In this document: positions 6,606-14,709 of the stretch, one piece after another
How positions within the stretch are numbered: position 1 is the stretch's first letter
Layout of the letters: every line of letters begins with the position of its first letter
Made by a program: the position numbers and the translations under genes
Source of the DNA: a virus
Taxonomy: Duplodnaviria > Heunggongvirae > Uroviricota > Caudoviricetes
Strand: one strand, 5' to 3'
DNA: 14,709 nucleotides
IMG/VR virus record: IMGVR_UViG_2541047938_000005
The notes under the pieces: generated by a model
What the model was told of the DNA's origin: nothing
Seen by the model: the letters and a program-made list of their open reading frames with translations, nothing else
Databases searched by the model: none

Positions 6606-7659
6606 ATGAGCGAGAAATTAAAGATAGTCTATCGCCCATTACAAGAATTGTCACCGTATGCGCACAACGCCAGGACGCACAGTACTGAGCAGGTGGCACA
6701 ACTGGTAGAAAGTATTAAGCAATTCGGCTGGACTAATCCGGTGCTGATTGACGAAAAGGGCGAAATTATTGCGGGTCACGGTCGTGTTATGGCGGCTGAA
6801 ATGCTCAAAATGGATTCTGTTCCGGTCATTGTTCTGTCTGGCCTGACGGATGAGCAGAAAAAGGCGTACCGCCTGGCAGATAATCGCCTGCCGATGAATG
6901 CTGGCTGGGATGAAGATCTGTTGCGGATGGAGCTGTCGGACCTAATCAATGCTGATTTTGATGTCTCCCTGACAGGCTTCATCCCGGCAGAAATTGATGA
7001 ACTGTTGACGGATGTTTTGCCCGGTACAGGAAATGAGGAGGAGCCGTATACGACGAAAATTGATACGCCTGTTTATGAGCCGTCAGGCGGTAAACCGGAT
7101 ATCAGTGAACTGTACGACGATACGAAAACTCAGGAGCTGATCAGCCGGATACGTTCGGCGTCCCTTGAATCATCTCTACCAGTGGCGCGATATAGCAGAA
7201 TTCGACAAGGCAGCGGCGCAGGCTTCCAGAGATGGCAAACCCGAACCGGAATATGGAGGCCTCGGCTTTGTTGATAACGCCATACCCAATCCGGACTGCC
7301 CGAAGTGCTGCGGTGAGGGAACGGGACAGCTTTATATGGCTGATACCACTCTGCTTGATGGGGATGCGCGGCAATTATATGCAGGGGCAAAATTCGGAAA
7401 ATTCGGCGTTGAGATCCTGCTGGAGGATAAGGCTGCCGCCCGGCGTGAATTGTTGCGTTTGTTTTCTGCTGGCGGGGCTTTATGTGCAGATAAGCGGCTA
7501 CGGGAACTGGAAATTGAACGGCGCAGAATGGAAAACCAGAAGCTGCGCAAAGAGATCGAAACGGTGGAAGATAATGAACATCCCCAGCCTGTGGCGATCA
7601 ATATTAATGTGGTTGATGCCAGAGTAAGGAGTGATGAAGATGATCTCTCCGACGCTTAA
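6606..7659 (+). pseudogene. ParB-like N-terminal domain protein (candidate small terminase subunit), reading frame disrupted near 7141-7170
   Basis: Frame 0 ORF 6606-7274 begins with a ParB N-terminal domain-like sequence (LKIVYRPLQELSPYAHNARTHS ... IIAGHGR). A +1 frame ORF is open from 7141 and runs to 7659, ending in a coiled-coil/acidic tail. A one-base shift near 7164-7168 would join them into ~350 aa. Could be a true frameshift, a sequencing error or programmed. Confidence 0.5.
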
Positions 7660-8941
7660 TGTGCCTCAGGCGCGATTTCTTTCAATGCCCCATAAATTTA
7701 AAGCCTATATTGCTGGTTTTGGCTCGGGCAAAACATGGGTTGGGTGTGGCGGCATATGCAAGGGGATTTGGGAGCATCCAGGTATAAATCAGGGATATTT
7801 TGCGCCAACGTATCCCCAAATTCGCGATATTTTTTACCCTACAGTGGAAGAAGTTGCTGCTGACTGGGGATTGAACGTAAAAATTAATGAGGGAAATAAA
7901 GAGGTTCACTTTTATTACGGACGCCAGTATCGGGGAACCACTATCTGCAGATCGATGGAGAAGCCACAAACGATCGTCGGTTTCAAAATTGGTAATGCGT
8001 TGGTGGATGAACTGGACATTTTGCCGAAGGAAAAAGCCAGAACGGCGTGGCGCAAGATAATTGCACGTATGCGTTATAAGATTGATGGACTTCGCAACGG
8101 TATTGACGTTACAACCACGCCGGAAGGATTCAAATTTGTCTACGAGCAGTTTGTTAAAGCCGTGCGTGAAAAAACAGAGCTGGCCTCACTGTATGGTCTG
8201 GTGCAGGCATCTACTTTCGATAATGAAAAGAACCTGCCAGCAGATTACATTCCTTCGCTTCTTGAATCATACCCTCCAGAGCTGATTAAAGCCTATCTTC
8301 GAGGACAGTTTACTAACCTGACAAGTGGTACTGTTTACCATCAGTTTGACCGGAAACTGAATAATTGCGAAGAAGTGGAGCAGCCAGGGGAGCCGATTTA
8401 TATTGGGATGGATTTTAACGTTGGAAAGATGGCGGGAATCGTCCATGTGCTGCGTTTGGGGCTTCCATGTGCGGTAACTGAAATCATCAATGCCTACGAT
8501 ACGCCGGATATGATCCGCATCATTAAAGAACGCTTCTGGCTGTATGATGGGAATGATTACCGGAAAGTGAGGGAAATTTATATTTATCCAGATGCTTCCG
8601 GGGATTCCAGAAAATCAAGTAACGCAAGTACGACGGATATAGCCCAGCTTAAGCAGGCTGGTTTTAACGTTGTGGTGAACAGCTCGAACCCGCCAGTAAA
8701 AGATCGCGTTAACTCAATGAATGCAATGTTCTGCAATGCCAATGGTGAGCGTCGCTATAAAGTTAATGTGAAGCGTTGCCCGTTATATGCCGAATCTCTG
8801 GAGCAACAGGTCTGGGATGAGAAGGGGGAGCCTGATAAAAAATCTGGCAATGATCACCCGAATGATGCCGGAGGTTATTTCATCGTTAAGCAATTCCCTA
8901 TTGTCAAACCGACCGGAAGAGTCACATCACTTCGGATTTAA
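7640..8941 (+). CDS. Terminase large subunit (TerL)
   Basis: Walker A (GFGSGKT), Walker B-like (ALVDELD) and nuclease-domain acidic motifs (IGMDFNV, YPDASGD, NDHPNDAGG). AAGGAG RBS 7626-7631 favours ATG 7640 over the GTG at 7631. About 434 aa, apparently full length. Confidence 0.85.
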   Translation: MISPTLNVPQARFLSMPHKFKAYIAGFGSGKTWVGCGGICKGIWEHPGINQGYFAPTYPQIRDIFYPTVEEVAADWGLNVKINEGNKEVHFYYGRQYRGTTICRSMEKPQTIVGFKIGNALVDELDILPKEKARTAWRKIIARMRYKIDGLRNGIDVTTTPEGFKFVYEQFVKAVREKTELASLYGLVQASTFDNEKNLPADYIPSLLESYPPELIKAYLRGQFTNLTSGTVYHQFDRKLNNCEEVEQPGEPIYIGMDFNVGKMAGIVHVLRLGLPCAVTEIINAYDTPDMIRIIKERFWLYDGNDYRKVREIYIYPDASGDSRKSSNASTTDIAQLKQAGFNVVVNSSNPPVKDRVNSMNAMFCNANGERRYKVNVKRCPLYAESLEQQVWDEKGEPDKKSGNDHPNDAGGYFIVKQFPIVKPTGRVTSLRI

Positions 8942-8943
8942 TT

Positions 8944-9883
8944 ATGGCTGATATATCAACACCCAACCTCGACTATAACGATATGCTGGAGGCGTGGGAT
9001 ATTAACGACGCACTGATGGGCGGTACGCTTGAAATGCGCAGGCAGGGGGAAAATTATCTCCCAAAATGGCCTAACGAAGATGAAGACGCTTATAAAAAAC
9101 GCCTGTCTGTGGCTACGCTACTTCCTGTGTATGAAGAAAGCATCAAGCAAAATATTGGGCGCATATTTGCAGAGCCGACAGTATTGAGTGAGGAAACGCC
9201 GGCAAAAATCAGGGAATATGCAGAAAATATCGACATGGAGGGGAGCCGACTGGATGTGTGGGCGCAGCAATTTTTCAGCCTCGCATTTCAGTATGGTGTG
9301 GCACATGCGCTGGTGGACTATCCACGAACGGATATGAAAGAGATTCGGACAAAAGCCGATGAAAACGCGACCGGTGGAGGGATTCAATATTCACAGTTCG
9401 GCAGGTGTGAAACGAGCGCCAAAGGTTGCTGCAACTGGTTATCTCGTGAATGGAGAGAAAAAAGAAGGCGATGTTCTTATTTCCATTGATACTGGTTCGG
9501 GGAGTATTTCTGCAGGTCAGATTGTTACGTTCGCTGGTGATCCGAATCAGTATGTTGTGGCAGCAGCGACCAGCAATCTGATTACTCTTGCAGCGCCCGG
9601 ACTGCGTCAGGATCTGGCCGATGATACTGCCATCACAGTTGTTGGGGCCTTTACTGCAAATATGGCGTTTGATCGCAACGCGTTTCTGCTGGCATCCCGT
9701 ACTCCGGCAATGCCGGAAGGTGGCGATAATGCTGATGATGTAATGAATGTTACGGACCCGATTTCAGGGATTACGTTCCAGATTGCACTGTATCGTCAGT
9801 ATCGCCAGGTGCGCTATGAAGTTGGACTGGCATGGGGTGTTTCATCAGTGAAGCCGGCACATGGTTGTCTGATTCTTGGTTAA
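8944..9883 (+). pseudogene. Head-module remnant: 5' part of a head gene (tentatively portal-like) joined out of frame to the 3' part of a capsid-like gene
   Basis: ORF 8944-9489 ends in junk-like residues; the next frame (open through 9883) carries a C-terminus with an HK97-fold-capsid-like motif (RTPAMPEGG) and is followed by a strong terminator. No full-length portal, protease or capsid gene sits between TerL and the head-tail genes. Domain identities are tentative. Confidence 0.4.
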
Positions 9884-9891
9884 ACATTCAA

Positions 9892-9913
9892 ACGGGGCTT
9901 CGGCCCCATTTTT
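9892..9913 (+). terminator. Intrinsic terminator after the capsid-like gene end
   Basis: GGGGC (9894-9898), UUCG tetraloop, GCCCC (9903-9907), then ATTTTT. Confidence 0.6.
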
Positions 9914-9925
9914 AATGGGGGGCAT

Positions 9926-10102
9926 ATGGCCGGATTAACTAAAGAGCAAAGAGCACAGCGTGAAGCCGCACAAAAAACGCAAATTGAGTTAGTGGTTATG
10001 GTGACCGATTATCAGATGTTTCCCGGCGCACCAACTATCGCTAATGTTCATCCTGATGAAGTTGACAACTGGAAGGCTATGGGCTGGAAAACTCAGGAGT
10101 AA
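9926..10102 (+). CDS. Small hypothetical protein (58 aa)
   Basis: ATG 9926 to TAA 10100-10102, below the ORF-track threshold. Fills the gap between the terminator and the next gene; translation MAGLTKEQRAQREAAQKTQIELVV... is not low-complexity. Weak RBS. Confidence 0.25.
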   Translation: MAGLTKEQRAQREAAQKTQIELVVMVTDYQMFPGAPTIANVHPDEVDNWKAMGWKTQE

Positions 10103-10105
10103 CAC

Positions 10106-10501
10106 ATGATCACTTACGTGACCTGTGATGACGTTGATAATGCGTTTGGGAACGCCTGGACGAGTGAGAACGCTAAAAATAAAGCTGTTTTAATGGCTAA
10201 TGCCTGGCTTAATGGCTTCAACCTGAAAATTAACCCATCCCGTATTCCGGAAGAGGTAAAACTTGCGGGAGCATATGCAGCCAGAATTGCCTCATTCGGT
10301 AAGTTGTTTCAGCAGAAAAATGATTCTGGCGTTGTTATCAGTAAAGCCGTGTCGGCTGACGGGGTCAGTGTATCGAAATCATTTTCTGAGTTGCCAGCAA
10401 ACAGCACTGCATTGCTTGAACCCGATTTACAGCTTGCGATAGCACTGCTGAAACCGTACGGACTTAGTCGCTCACAAGTCAGGGTTGTGAGGGGGGGATA
10501 A
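10106..10501 (+). CDS. Head-tail connector protein (gp6-like), putative
   Basis: 131 aa, CAGGAG RBS 10094-10099, first of four tightly coupled small genes between the capsid remnant and the major tail gene. Assigned by position and size. Confidence 0.45.
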   Translation: MITYVTCDDVDNAFGNAWTSENAKNKAVLMANAWLNGFNLKINPSRIPEEVKLAGAYAARIASFGKLFQQKNDSGVVISKAVSADGVSVSKSFSELPANSTALLEPDLQLAIALLKPYGLSRSQVRVVRGG

Positions 10502-10884
10502 TGGGGCTTCGTGAAGAGATTCAGTCAGAGGTTGCCGCTGCTTTTGATGAGGATTTAGCGGACGCCGTGAGTGATTTTTCTGGTTCTTACGTTACGCACC
10601 GGCACTGGGATCCTGTGACGGAAACTGGCGGCGAATCCACCGCAATCTATACCGGGCGAGGCGTGTTGACACGTTATAAGCTGGGCAGAATTGATGGGAT
10701 TAATATTTTGCATGGTGACCTTAAATTAACCGCTCTGGTATGCGAGGTTACGGATAAACCAGCTGTCGACCATATTATTGAGATTTATGATCCTGTATCA
10801 AGGCAGTTACAACGATACGAGGTAATTACAGCAAGTGTAGATCCTTCCGCATCAGTTTACTCTATCCAGTTAAGGAGAGCGTAA
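10501..10884 (+). CDS. Head-tail adaptor / head closure protein, putative
   Basis: 127 aa; start overlaps the upstream stop (TAATG). Positional assignment. Confidence 0.4.
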   Translation: MGLREEIQSEVAAAFDEDLADAVSDFSGSYVTHRHWDPVTETGGESTAIYTGRGVLTRYKLGRIDGINILHGDLKLTALVCEVTDKPAVDHIIEIYDPVSRQLQRYEVITASVDPSASVYSIQLRRA

Positions 10885-11265
10885 ATGGCAAAGGCATGGG
10901 ATATAGAACCGTCAATATTTGCCGGGATGATTGAGGAAGATGTAGGGCTGAAGATTCGCTACATCGCTATGCAGATTCTTACTGCTATTGATATTGCTGC
11001 TCCGGTTGATACCGGACGTTTCAGAAATAACAACCTGGTGTCGTTACAGCATCCCGATTTTGGTATATCTGATAACGTGGATCCGAACGGTACGATTGCT
11101 GTTCAGCGTGGGATCGGGGTTATTTCGAAAGCTGCAAATTACGGGGTTATTTATATCCAGAATAACCTTCCTTATGCAGAGGCTCTTGAAAACGGTCATT
11201 CACAACAAGCGCCAACTGGCGTGTATGCCAACGCTTTTCATGGTGTTTTACAGGCTTACAAATGA
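10885..11265 (+). CDS. HK97 gp10-family neck/tail completion protein
   Basis: 126 aa; contains the PVDTGRFR motif I associate with the HK97 gp10 family; AGGAG RBS upstream. Confidence 0.55.
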   Translation: MAKAWDIEPSIFAGMIEEDVGLKIRYIAMQILTAIDIAAPVDTGRFRNNNLVSLQHPDFGISDNVDPNGTIAVQRGIGVISKAANYGVIYIQNNLPYAEALENGHSQQAPTGVYANAFHGVLQAYK

Positions 11266-11654
11266 AGTTTACTGAAATCAGAAATACGGTTATTTCCAGA
11301 ATGACGGCACAGACGATTATTGATGGAAAAGACGTATTGTATCCGAACGGGCCAACGTTCGATCCTTCCGGTAAGTTAATCTGGGCGCGGTTAAGTAATA
11401 TTCCCGGGCAGGCTGGAGTTAATGAAATTGGCGCGGGGCCGGTTGTTTATCGCACGGGGATAATCATTATTCAGTTATTTGTCCCCGCAGGTTCTGGTTC
11501 AAAACTCATTACTGAGACAGCCGATAAATTGCGGGAACTGTTTGAGTTTCAGGATGACGATCGTCTCAGTTACCAGGCTGTTTCCTCAATAGCCGTTGGC
11601 GAAAAGAATGGCTGGTTCCAGCTTAATCTTCAAATTCCATATCGCGCGCTCTAG
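11262..11654 (+). CDS. Tail terminator / tail completion protein (gpU-like), putative
   Basis: 130 aa; ATGA overlap with the upstream gene; sits immediately before the major tail gene. Confidence 0.4.
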   Translation: MKFTEIRNTVISRMTAQTIIDGKDVLYPNGPTFDPSGKLIWARLSNIPGQAGVNEIGAGPVVYRTGIIIIQLFVPAGSGSKLITETADKLRELFEFQDDDRLSYQAVSSIAVGEKNGWFQLNLQIPYRAL

Positions 11655-11680
11655 CGCAATTAATGACATAGGAGGCTCCT

Positions 11681-12643
11681 GTGAGTTCAGGTGCAAAGGT
11701 TATCTCGGCATTTATCCGGGAGACGGTTGCAGGCACTACGCCAGCAAGTGGTGACTGGAGTTTATTAAAACGCACAAGCTGGGGAGTAAAACCCACCCAG
11801 AATAAAGGCGAAAATAATGAGATTGGTGGCTCCCGGATGGCTCAGGGGGCGACGCCTGGCACTGTGGATGTCGGCGGTGATGTTGGTACCAAATTTCGCT
11901 GGGGTCAACATGATGATTTTCTTGCATCCTGTTTCGGCGCGGAATGGTCAGGCGATTCTCTGACAATGGGGAATGAGCGAATAACATTTTCTCTGGCGAC
12001 CTATGCGTCCGATGTCGGAATTGCCTCTGTCGTCAGAGGAGCGCAGGTTGGCTCATGGAAAATGCAGATCCCTAACGACGGCGATATTACAGCGACCGTA
12101 ACCTTTGCCGGACTGGACTGGGAATCAAAGGCCGATGATACGAATTTTATCAAAGGCGAACCTGTGGATAGTGCAGGAAAGCTACGTTATTCGTTTAAGG
12201 AGGTTTCAGCAGTAAGCCTGAATGGTGTTGCCGGAGGTAACGGTTTTTGTATCGACAGTTTTGATATTCAGTTCGATAACAAACTCCAGACACAGCGTTG
12301 TATCGGGACTGGCTCGCCTTATGCAGGAGCAAATATTCCGACTACTTTTACACCGTCCGGTACGGTGACGCTTTCATGGTCTAAAGCCGCGTGGGAAATC
12401 TGGAGTAAAACACTGACTGGAGAAACAGTTCCGTTCAGCTTCACGCTTTCGAATGGAGAGGGGGCATACACTTTCAGTTTCCCGAAGGTTCAGGTGTCAG
12501 GTGAATGGCCTGATGGGGGTAATAGCGACATTATCCAGGTTCAATTGAGCATTACCGCAGCAGATGAAGCACCTACGATAACCAGAAAAAAAAATTCCCC
12601 GGCTGCCGTGATCGCAAAAGCCAGTGCTGAGGCGATTAGTTGA
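11681..12643 (+). CDS. Major tail (tube) protein, putative
   Basis: 320 aa, GTG start with GGAGG RBS. Gly/Ser/Thr-rich, beta-type composition, positioned between neck genes and the chaperone-like gene. Confidence 0.5.
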   Translation: MSSGAKVISAFIRETVAGTTPASGDWSLLKRTSWGVKPTQNKGENNEIGGSRMAQGATPGTVDVGGDVGTKFRWGQHDDFLASCFGAEWSGDSLTMGNERITFSLATYASDVGIASVVRGAQVGSWKMQIPNDGDITATVTFAGLDWESKADDTNFIKGEPVDSAGKLRYSFKEVSAVSLNGVAGGNGFCIDSFDIQFDNKLQTQRCIGTGSPYAGANIPTTFTPSGTVTLSWSKAAWEIWSKTLTGETVPFSFTLSNGEGAYTFSFPKVQVSGEWPDGGNSDIIQVQLSITAADEAPTITRKKNSPAAVIAKASAEAIS

Positions 12644-12691
12644 TTTTCCGTTATTCCTCCTGTGGTACTGCCCTACAGGGGGACGCATTGA

Positions 12692-13153
12692 ATGAGGTTA
12701 TGGATGTTTATTCTTAATCAGAAAATTATCATTGGTGGAGAACGCTGGTTTACGCCAATGAAGGACTTAAAACCTGTAGACGGGTTAAAACTGTTGGTGG
12801 CAAGCAGCGATAACGATCAGTATCGCTCCCGTAATGCATTAATCCGTCGCCACATTGAGAAAATGGATGCCAGTTTGCACGTCGGAACGAAGGAGTTTGA
12901 TATTTCAAAGGTTTCCGAGGTGGATTCTGTTGATGATTTACTCATTGATAATGCCGCTCGTTATCTGCTGAAAGACTGGAAAGGGGTTGGTGAACTGGTT
13001 AATGGTGTTGAGGTTGCACTGGAATATACGGCAGAACGAGGGATCGCGCTGCTTAAGCAGAATCCAGAGTTGTACTGGCAGATCCTTGCAGAAGCAGCCA
13101 GCATCGCCCAGGGTAAAGAGCAGCAGAAGCAGGATACGATAAAAAAGCCATAG
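12692..13153 (+). CDS. Tail assembly chaperone-like protein (gpG-like), putative
   Basis: 153 aa, acidic, immediately after the major tail gene. No in-frame or -1 continuation into a T/tape-measure ORF; ends at TAG 13151-13153. Confidence 0.4.
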   Translation: MRLWMFILNQKIIIGGERWFTPMKDLKPVDGLKLLVASSDNDQYRSRNALIRRHIEKMDASLHVGTKEFDISKVSEVDSVDDLLIDNAARYLLKDWKGVGELVNGVEVALEYTAERGIALLKQNPELYWQILAEAASIAQGKEQQKQDTIKKP

Positions 13154-13276
13154 CTGCCCAGCGGTGGTTATCGGAGTTCGGGGGAGAAAGGGGGGAAAAG
13201 GCAAGATGGAAGCGAGAAAAACTCAGGTTGCCACCGATATCCAACAGCGTATGGAAATATCATTCACCTGAAAGGG

Positions 13277-14125
13277 ATGACAGCCGTTGGCGAAGGTGAG
13301 TTACTCATCGGCTGGAGTGGTACAAGCGGTGCTCATGCTCCGGCATTTATTCGTTCACGACGGGATACGACCGACGCAAACTGGTCGCCGTGGGCGCAGC
13401 TTTACACCTCGGCTCATCCTCCTGCAGAGTTTTATCCAGTCGGTGCACCAATCCCGTGGCCATCAGATACCGTTCCGTCTGGTTATGCCCTGATGCAGGG
13501 GCAGACTTTTGACAAATCTGCATACCCGAAACTTGCAGTTGCTTATCCGTCAGGCGTGATCCCTGATATGCGTGGCTGGACGATTAAGGGCAAGCCCGCC
13601 AGTGGTCGGGCCGTATTATCTCAGGAACAGGACGGCATTAAATCGCACACCCACAGCGCCAGCGCATCCAGTACGGATTTGGGGACGAAAACCACATCGT
13701 CGTTTGATTACGGAACCAAATCCACGAATAACACCGGGGTGCATACCCATAGTATTAGCGGGACCGCAAATAGTGCTGGTGCGCACCAACACAAGAGTTC
13801 CGGTGCATTTGGTGGCACGAACACGAGCATTTTCCCTAATGGTTATACCGCGATTTCAAATCTAAGCGCGGGGATTATGAGCACAACAAGCGGTAGTGGC
13901 CAGACTCGTAATGCAGGGAAGACATCATCAGATGGTGCTCATACCCACTCGCTGTCCGGCACTGCTGCAAGCGCAGGCGCACATGCACATACTGTCGGTA
14001 TTGGTGCTCATACGCACTCCGTTGCGATTGGTTCACATGGACACACCATCACCGTTAACGCTGCTGGTAACGCGGAAAACACCGTCAAAAACATCGCATT
14101 TAACTATATTGTGAGGCTTGCATAA
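13277..14125 (+). CDS. stf: Side tail fiber protein, C-terminal receptor-binding portion only (collar-like domain plus His-x-His repeats)
   Basis: 282 aa. [50 protein letters not shown] followed by repeated HTHS/HAHT/HGHT motifs and the lambda Stf-like ending [14 protein letters not shown]. The long N-terminal shaft of full-length Stf (about 700-1100 aa) is missing. Confidence 0.8.
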   Translation: MTAVGEGELLIGWSGTSGAHAPAFIRSRRDTTDANWSPWAQLYTSAHPPAEFYPVGAPIPWPSDTVPSGYALMQGQTFDKSAYPKLAVAYPSGVIPDMRGWTIKGKPASGRAVLSQEQDGIKSHTHSASASSTDLGTKTTSSFDYGTKSTNNTGVHTHSISGTANSAGAHQHKSSGAFGGTNTSIFPNGYTAISNLSAGIMSTTSGSGQTRNAGKTSSDGAHTHSLSGTAASAGAHAHTVGIGAHTHSVAIGSHGHTITVNAAGNAENTVKNIAFNYIVRLA

Positions 14126-14709
14126 TGGCATTCAGAATGAGTGAACAACCACGGACCATAAAAATTTATAATCTGCTGGCCGGAACTAATGAATTTATTG
14201 GTGAAGGTGATGCATATATTCCGCCTCATACAGGTCTGCCAGCAAACAGTACCGATATTGCACCGCCAGATATTCCGGCTGGCTTCGTGGCTGTTTTCAA
14301 CAGTGATGAGTCATCGTGGCATCTCGTTGAAGATCATCGGGGTAAAACGGTTTATGACGTGGCTTCCGGCGACGCGTTATTTATTTCTGAACTCGGTCCG
14401 TTACCGGAAAATGTTACCTGGTTATCGCCGGAAGGGGAGTTTCAGAAGTGGAACGGCACAGCCTGGGTGAAGGATACGGAAGCAGAAAAACTGTTCCGGA
14501 TCCGGGAGGCGGAAGAAACAAAAAACAACCTGATGCAGGTAGCCAGTGAGCATATTGCGCCGCTTCAGGATGCTGCAGATCTGGAAATTGCAACGGAGGA
14601 AGAAATCTCGTTGCTGGAAGCATGGAAAAAGTATCGGGTATTGCTGAACCGTGTTGATACGTCAACTGCACCTGATATTGAGTGGCCTACGAACCCTGTC
14701 AGGGAGTAA
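14125..14709 (+). CDS. tfa: Tail fiber assembly protein (Tfa)
   Basis: 194 aa beginning [34 protein letters not shown], characteristic of lambdoid Tfa/TfaR-type chaperones. Start overlaps the stf stop (TAATG). Stop codon is at the window end. Confidence 0.9.
   Translation: MAFRMSEQPRTIKIYNLLAGTNEFIGEGDAYIPPHTGLPANSTDIAPPDIPAGFVAVFNSDESSWHLVEDHRGKTVYDVASGDALFISELGPLPENVTWLSPEGEFQKWNGTAWVKDTEAEKLFRIREAEETKNNLMQVASEHIAPLQDAADLEIATEEEISLLEAWKKYRVLLNRVDTSTAPDIEWPTNPVRE

Larger units (their letters stand above)
1..14709 (+). mobile_element. Segment of a lambdoid (Rac-like) prophage: nin/Q region, lysis cassette, cargo genes, partial morphogenesis module
   Basis: Co-linear lambdoid late-region order (nin genes, Q, S-R-Rz/Rz1, terminase, head-tail genes, tail fiber, Tfa), all on one strand. 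trkG directly after Rz/Rz1 is the arrangement known for E. coli Rac. Prophage boundaries are not in the window. Confidence 0.85.

Noticed and set aside
6407-6688. ORF 6407-6688 (93 aa) spanning the trkG end and the ParB-like start
   Set aside because: Overlaps two better-supported genes and an intergenic hairpin; translation has no recognisable features.
6776-7627. Minus-strand and alternate-frame ORFs (6776-6982, 7130-7390, 7141-7374, 7232-7627, 7332-7601)
   Set aside because: All lie within the ParB-like region, which is GC-rich enough to keep stray frames open; none has start context or motifs.
7682-8285. ORFs 7682-7969 (-) and 8061-8285 (+) within TerL
   Set aside because: Inside the terminase gene, whose frame carries the Walker and nuclease motifs.
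9118-9387. Minus-strand ORF inside the head-gene remnant
   Set aside because: Antisense, no independent support.
10988-11275. Alternate-frame ORF inside the HK97 gp10-family gene
   Set aside because: Hydrophobic junk translation; the main frame carries the family motif.
11736-12688. Minus-strand ORFs 11736-11987 and 12497-12688
   Set aside because: Antisense to the major tail gene; His/Pro/Arg-rich translations typical of shadow frames.
12938-13244. Minus-strand ORFs 12938-13204 and 13053-13244 over the chaperone-like gene and junction
   Set aside because: Antisense, no RBS; the junction is better explained by the + strand features.
13287-14114. Alternate-frame + strand ORFs within the tail fiber gene (13287-13493, 13572-13865, 13896-14114)
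   Set aside because: The fiber frame matches the lambda Stf C-terminus; the others are Arg/Pro-rich by-products of the GC-rich His/Gly/Ala codon repeats.
14189-14671. ORFs 14189-14470 (+) and 14414-14671 (-) inside tfa
   Set aside because: Embedded in the well-recognised Tfa frame.
1-14709. CRISPR array, integrase/att site, IS element or rRNA
   Set aside because: No regularly spaced direct repeats, no transposase-like or integrase-like ORF, and no rRNA-like conserved blocks were seen. The prophage ends lie outside this window.

Overview
This window reads as the late region of a lambdoid, Rac-like prophage, with every supported gene on the + strand. Order: two nin-region genes (DUF1367-like, Cys-rich YbcO-like), a Q-type antiterminator, about 1 kb of AT-rich non-coding DNA with two intrinsic terminators, a two-gene moron, a lysis cassette (phage-21-type pinholin and SAR endolysin plus lambda-type Rz/Rz1), the K+ transporter cargo gene trkG, a frame-disrupted ParB-like gene (possible small terminase), large terminase, a short head-gene remnant, four head-tail joining genes, major tail protein, a chaperone-like gene, then only the C-terminal part of a side tail fiber and its Tfa chaperone. 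The most interesting element is the moron (about 2415-3596): two tandem lipoproteins whose C-terminal halves resemble TolA domain III, with their own candidate promoter and terminator. I propose it as an uncharacterised periplasmic TolA-mimic system, possibly a decoy against TolA-dependent colicins or filamentous phage, or a modulator of Tol-Pal. Portal, protease, most of the capsid gene, tape measure and tail tip genes appear absent, so the element looks packaging- and tail-defective. All protein calls are from reading the translations against remembered families; no database search was run.
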